From the NCBI RefSeq assembly GCF_004010195.1, contig NC_057720.1, forward strand, positions 28,461,772 through 28,489,734: a stretch of DNA of 27,963 nt, read 5' to 3'. Origin of the DNA: Chiloscyllium plagiosum (lineage: Eukaryota). The position numbers and the translations under genes are program-made. The notes beneath the pieces were generated by a model. It was not told where the DNA came from. It did no database searches and worked only from the letters and a program-made list of their open reading frames with translations. Of this stretch, positions 23,670 to 27,963 are shown in pieces. Every line of letters begins with the position of its first letter. The first letter of the stretch is position 1.

Positions 23670-25045
23670 AAGAATAAATACATCGCATCTGGATATGAAA
23701 TTCAAGAAAGAAAAAATGTGTACATCACTGACATGCAATTGAGAATGGCACTGTATATGAAGAAAGTAAAGGATGCTGTGACAGAGTTTGAAATCTTCAA
23801 GATTCCATGTGAAACAGCAGCTTGTCATGCTCTCCAAGTAATCAATTCAGCAGAGACGAGCACCTTGCTCACTTCAAGTAGACTACCCAACAAGATGCTT
23901 GTGTGGCAAGAAGTAATGATGAAAGGATGCCCATATAACAGCAATAACAATAAACTCAAGGACCACATCAGCCAGTGCAATGCGAGTACTAACCTAAGCA
24001 ACTTGACTCATGACATTACAGACAGGTAATGGATAAAGCTGGAAGTAGACATCTTCCCACTCTCGGAAACTGATTATCTTGTCACCCTACTCTTTTGAGC
24101 ACTGGGAGGTGGACCACTGACTTTAATGACCACTGCTGAGATTCTGAATGTCTGAAAGCACACTTCAGTTGTTACAGGATTCCAAACATTGTGATCAGCA
24201 ACAATGGCCCACAGTTCATGAGCAAAGCATTTAGTTACTTCATAAAGGATTCAACATCATACATCATCTCTGCACTTTTCCTCATTAAATGGAATGGCTG
24301 CGAAGGCAGTAAAAATCACCAAAGGAATAATAATGAAATTGAGCAATCCAGCACATATGTTAGCAAGGTAATCCTTGCATGGAGAAACACGCTTTTGAAG
24401 GCATAGATTGGGTATGATACCCAAGCTACACTTGCAAACCCCCAAAAAAAATAAGTGATTGACAAACCGTATGAGTGACAAAATCAAAGTGAAATGGCAG
24501 GAAGCCAAATTCCATTTTGCCCAATCTGCCAAGCCATTGCCAGATTGAGTCAGTCATGGTGCAAGCCTTCAATGTCCTTAACAAGGGTCAGTCCATGTGA
24601 TAATCTGGGACCTCTGTGGAGCAATTGCTGCCTTAATCATGCATGGTGGAAGTGAATGCCCTGGTAGGTGATTTTTACTGCACTCATGTGCACAACTTGA
24701 AAAATTGTTCCTTCACTGCAGGCAGCCCTTCAAGAAGATACGAGCTCACCATCTGCACAGTCCACAGATCAACCTTCAGTTACAGAGGTGCACAGCACCC
24801 CAACAATTAAAATGACAAGAAGTGGTGCAGGAATGACATTCCCTGGAAAAGGAATATCACTCAAATGAACTACCAATGACAACTTGCACATGTACCGTAA
24901 TAGAAAAGAATGATTTAAAGAGTGTGTGTGGAATACATGTGCAGAGACTGGCAAGAATAACAAACTATAAATGAAACAGTTCTGTGCATAATAGGTAACC
25001 CGAGTAACTCAGTGTAATTAATGGTGTATTTATTTGTTTTCTATT
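23670..25045 (+). mobile_element. Gypsy LTR-retrotransposon internal relic (pol linker and integrase)
   Basis: Frameshifted peptides HDITDR*WIKLEVDIF, LKAHFSCYRIPNIVISNNGPQFMSKAF (GIP..ISDNGPQF.S motif) and AVKITK near 24306. Confidence 0.8.
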
Positions 25046-25047
25046 TT

Positions 25048-25210
25048 AAAAAAGGGGGTGTATAGGATGGAAATGCAATATTGTACTTTTGGCCTTCCTG
25101 GTTTGCCAGAGCTGCATGACCTCTATTATCAAGGCATTCACTACAGGTATCCATCTTACAGCTGCTTCAATAAAGATACAATACAAGCAAAACTGAAAAA
25201 AAAAGTGACA
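25048..25210 (+). repeat. Polypurine tract and probable 3' LTR of the Gypsy relic
   Basis: aaaaaaggggg directly followed by TG at 25059, downstream of the integrase relic. AATAAA near 25168. The right LTR end is not certain. Confidence 0.5.
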
Positions 25211-26104
25211 GGCAAACTGCAACTTTTGGATTTCAGCCTCAGTAGGCTCCCCAGCGGTTGCAATGCCATTGCAGCCATCATTAGTAACTTCTCAGCATTT
25301 GCACCTATTAGGACTGTAATATGCAGGCTATTAAGATCAGGTGCTGAGTGTAAGAGATTATGAGTTTGTAGGGTTTGATCATTATTTTCAACTGAGAGTC
25401 CATTGTTCTGTACACGTTAAGTTAATTTTTTTTTAACATTTCCTTCATGTAAACTAATAAAAGTGATTTGAATTCCTGATGTATCCTGCCATAACAATGT
25501 CATTCAGATTTTTGTAGATTCCTAGCACAGAAAACTCTCCAGGAAAAATATTGATTTATGTTACTTCACATAGAGCAACTTGTCAATATATCTTGTAACT
25601 GATATTACTGAGTTGATCCCCTATTGAGTCTGAAAATGATTGCACATAATTGGAGGAGTAATAAATTTTCCACATCTGAACCTATGAAACAATGAACAGG
25701 AAGAGACCAGCTGCTCTGTGAGGGTACCCAATACAGTTGTGTTGTGTAAATAATCATGATGTATAACAGTTTCTTTCCCACCAGCAGCCCTCCTGACAGA
25801 CGCAGACAGAAATGATAATGTTCGGGAATAATTTCAATCCATTTTAGAATAATTGGAAAAATTGAAGTTATAATAAAACCAGGATAGAGCAGTAAGAATG
25901 GTTTCAAAAATTATACCTGTGCAAACTAAACCACTATCATCAATAATCACTTTTACTTGCAGCGGTGCAGCCAGTTCTTAATCAACCATAACAAGGTAAG
26001 AGGAGTAAATTAAGAAGTTGACTTATTGTCTTTTGAACCTTATCGATGGGAGAGAGGGAAGTACTTAGACTTCTGTGTCTGAGACACCAGTGCATTCAAA
26101 TGGC

Positions 26105-26295
26105 AGAGCTGGTGGAATAGTAGTATTGTCACTGACCTCTGAATCCGGGGATCAAGGCTAATGTTTTGTGGGCATTAGTTTGAATCCCATTAGTAATTTC
26201 AATTAATAAAGTTCTGTCATAAAATCCTATCTGGTTCAATAGTTCCTACGTGACTCCAGATTCACTGCAATGCGATTACCCTTGAATGCCTAGGA
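26105..26295 (+). mobile_element. Deu-domain-like SINE, decayed
   Basis: tRNA-like head (tagtagtattgtcactg...gtttgaatccca) and body (atctggttca, gtgactccaga.tcac.gcaatg) matching the reverse complement of 9335-9835. Confidence 0.55.
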
Positions 26296-27063
26296 TGCCA
26301 GTCAGTTATATCCCACTGCTACAAAGCTTGATAAAAGGAATGAAACCAGATTGACCACGTCGCATCGACCAAGGCATCAGAAATTGGCACACTGCAGAGT
26401 CTGACTTACTAACATTGAGGCTTGTGCTGAAATTGGGACAGCTGTCCCACAGTATGATTGGAAGATCGCTGATGTAACCCCCTTGTTCAAGAAAGGATCA
26501 AGACAAAAGATGGAAAATTATAGGCCAATTAGCCTAACCTCGGTTGTTGGTAAAATTCTAGAATCCATCATTAAGGATGAGGTTTCTAAATTCTTGGAAG
26601 AGCGGGGTCGGATTAGAACAAGTCAACATGGATTTAGTAAGGGAAGGTCGTGCCTAACAACCCTGTTGGAATTATTTGAAGAGGTGACAAGTAGGTTAGA
26701 CCAGGGAAACCCAGTGGATGTGGTCTATCTAGACTTCCAAAAGGCCTTTGATAAGGTGCCACATGGGAGGCTGCTGAGTAAGGTGAGGGCCCATGGTGTT
26801 CGAGGTGAGTTACTGATATGGATTGAGGATTGGCTGTCTGATAGAAGGCAGAGAGTTGGGATAAAAGGTTCTTTTTCGGAATGGCAGCCGGTGACAAGCA
26901 GTGTCCCGCAGGGTTCAGTGTTGGGGCCGCAGCTGTTCACGTTATATATTAATGATCTGGATGAAGGGACTGGGGGCATTCTAGCGAAGTTTGCCGATGA
27001 TACGAAGTGAGGTGGACAGGCGGGTAGTACTGAGGAAGTTGGGAGGCTGCAGAAGGATCTAGA

Positions 27064-27249
27064 AGGTCAGGCAGCATCCAGGGAACAGGAGAATCGACGT
27101 TTCGGGCATAAGCCCTTCTTCAGGAAGAAGGGCTTATGCCCGAAACTTCGATTCTCCTGTTCCCTGGATGCTGCCTGACCTGCTGCGCTTTTCCAGCAAC
27201 ACATTTCCAGCTCTGATCTCCAGCATCTGCAGACCTCACTTTCTCCTGT
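27064..27249. mobile_element. Short Penelope-like terminal-repeat insertion C (58-bp palindrome with hammerhead)
   Basis: Perfect TSD agaaggatctaga at 27051-27063 and 27250-27262. Inverted arms 27064-27121 and 27124-27181 differ at one base. Confidence 0.9.
27090..27126 (-). ncRNA. Minimal type I hammerhead ribozyme motif
   Basis: The minus strand reads CTGAAGA-A-GGGC-TTAT-GCCC-GAAA-C-GTC-GATTC (core 27123 to 27096), identical to the core in element B. Confidence 0.7.
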
Positions 27250-27592
27250 AGAAGGATCTAGACAGTTTAGGAGAGTGGTCCAGGAAATGGCTGATGGAAT
27301 TCAACGTGAGCAAATGCGAGATCTTGCACTTTGGAAAAAAAGAATACAAGCATGGACTACTTTCTAAACGGTGAGAAAATTCATAAAGCCAAAGTACAAA
27401 GGGATCTGGGAGTGCTAGTCGAGGATTCTCTAAAGGTAAGCATGCAGGTTGAATCCGTGATTAAAAAAGCGAATGCAATGTTGTAATTTATCTCAAGAGG
27501 GTTAGAATATAAAAGCACCGTTGTGCTACTGAGACTTTATAAAGCTCTGGTTAGGCCCGATTTGGAGTACTGTGTCCAGTTTTGGTCCCCAC

Positions 27593-27963
27593 ACATAGAA
27601 CATAGAACATAGAAGAATACAGCGCAGTACAGGCCCTTTGGCCCTCGATGTTGCGCCGATCCAAGCCCACCTAACCTATACTAACCCACTATCCTCCATA
27701 TACCTATCCAATGCCCGCTTAAATGCCCATAAAGAGGGAGAGTCCACCACTGCTACTGGCAGGGCATTCCATGAACTTACGACTCGCTGACTGAAGAACC
27801 TACCCCTAACTTCAGTCCAATATCTACCCCCCTTAATTTAAAGCTATGCCCCCTTGTAATACCCGACTCAATACGCGGGAAAAGGTTCATACTGTCGACC
27901 CTATCTAACCCCCTAATCATCTTGTACACCTCAATCAAGTCACCCCAAACCTTCTTTTCTCTA
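27593..27963 (-). mobile_element. 3' end of a second young CR1-type LINE in opposite orientation, truncated by the window edge
   Basis: (catagaa)n terminal microsatellite at 27594-27614, a 3' UTR, and minus-strand ORF2 C-terminal motifs (RFFSQRVVSSWNALPVAVV). Confidence 0.85.

Larger units (their letters stand above)
26453..27594 (+). mobile_element. Young CR1-type LINE ORF2 reverse-transcriptase region, disabled
   Basis: ORF 26483-27010 has [42 protein letters not shown] and FADDTK. The frame continues past TGA 27008-27010 and past element C (LQKDLD|SLGEW...LEYCVQFWSP), with a frameshift in an A-run near 27335. Confidence 0.95.

Noticed and set aside
25605..25907. 100-aa minus-strand ORF
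   Set aside because: It starts at TTG immediately after a stop, has no recognisable motif, and its length is expected by chance.
26634..26979. Minus-strand ORFs of 84-87 aa
   Set aside because: They are antisense shadows of the CR1 RT frame.
1..27963. CRISPR array, operon or other prokaryotic system
   Set aside because: There is no repeat-spacer periodicity or gene-dense organisation; the content is vertebrate retroelement DNA.

Overview
Eukaryotic, repeat-rich non-coding DNA; the repeat families suggest a shark/elasmobranch (inference). No intact host protein gene is recognisable. Most of the window is transposon debris: about ten CR1-type LINE fragments (one young copy at 26.45-27.6 kb), a Rex/Babar-type and an L2-type LINE fragment, tRNA-derived and Deu-domain-like SINEs, two Gypsy LTR-retrotransposon relics (one apparently with integrase upstream of RT, as in the Gmr1 clade), a Harbinger-type Myb/SANT gene relic, and a 500-N assembly gap. 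The best-supported unexplained signal is a set of five very short (96-186 bp) non-coding insertions. Each is bounded by a 12-13 bp target-site duplication and carries an intact, split or decayed minimal hammerhead-ribozyme motif of the Penelope-like-element type. Four of the five are fold-backs whose inversion point lies in or next to the ribozyme core. A much weaker lead is a chain of splice-site-bounded unique segments with compatible phases but in-frame stops. Boundaries of the old repeats are approximate and were assigned by eye, without a database search.
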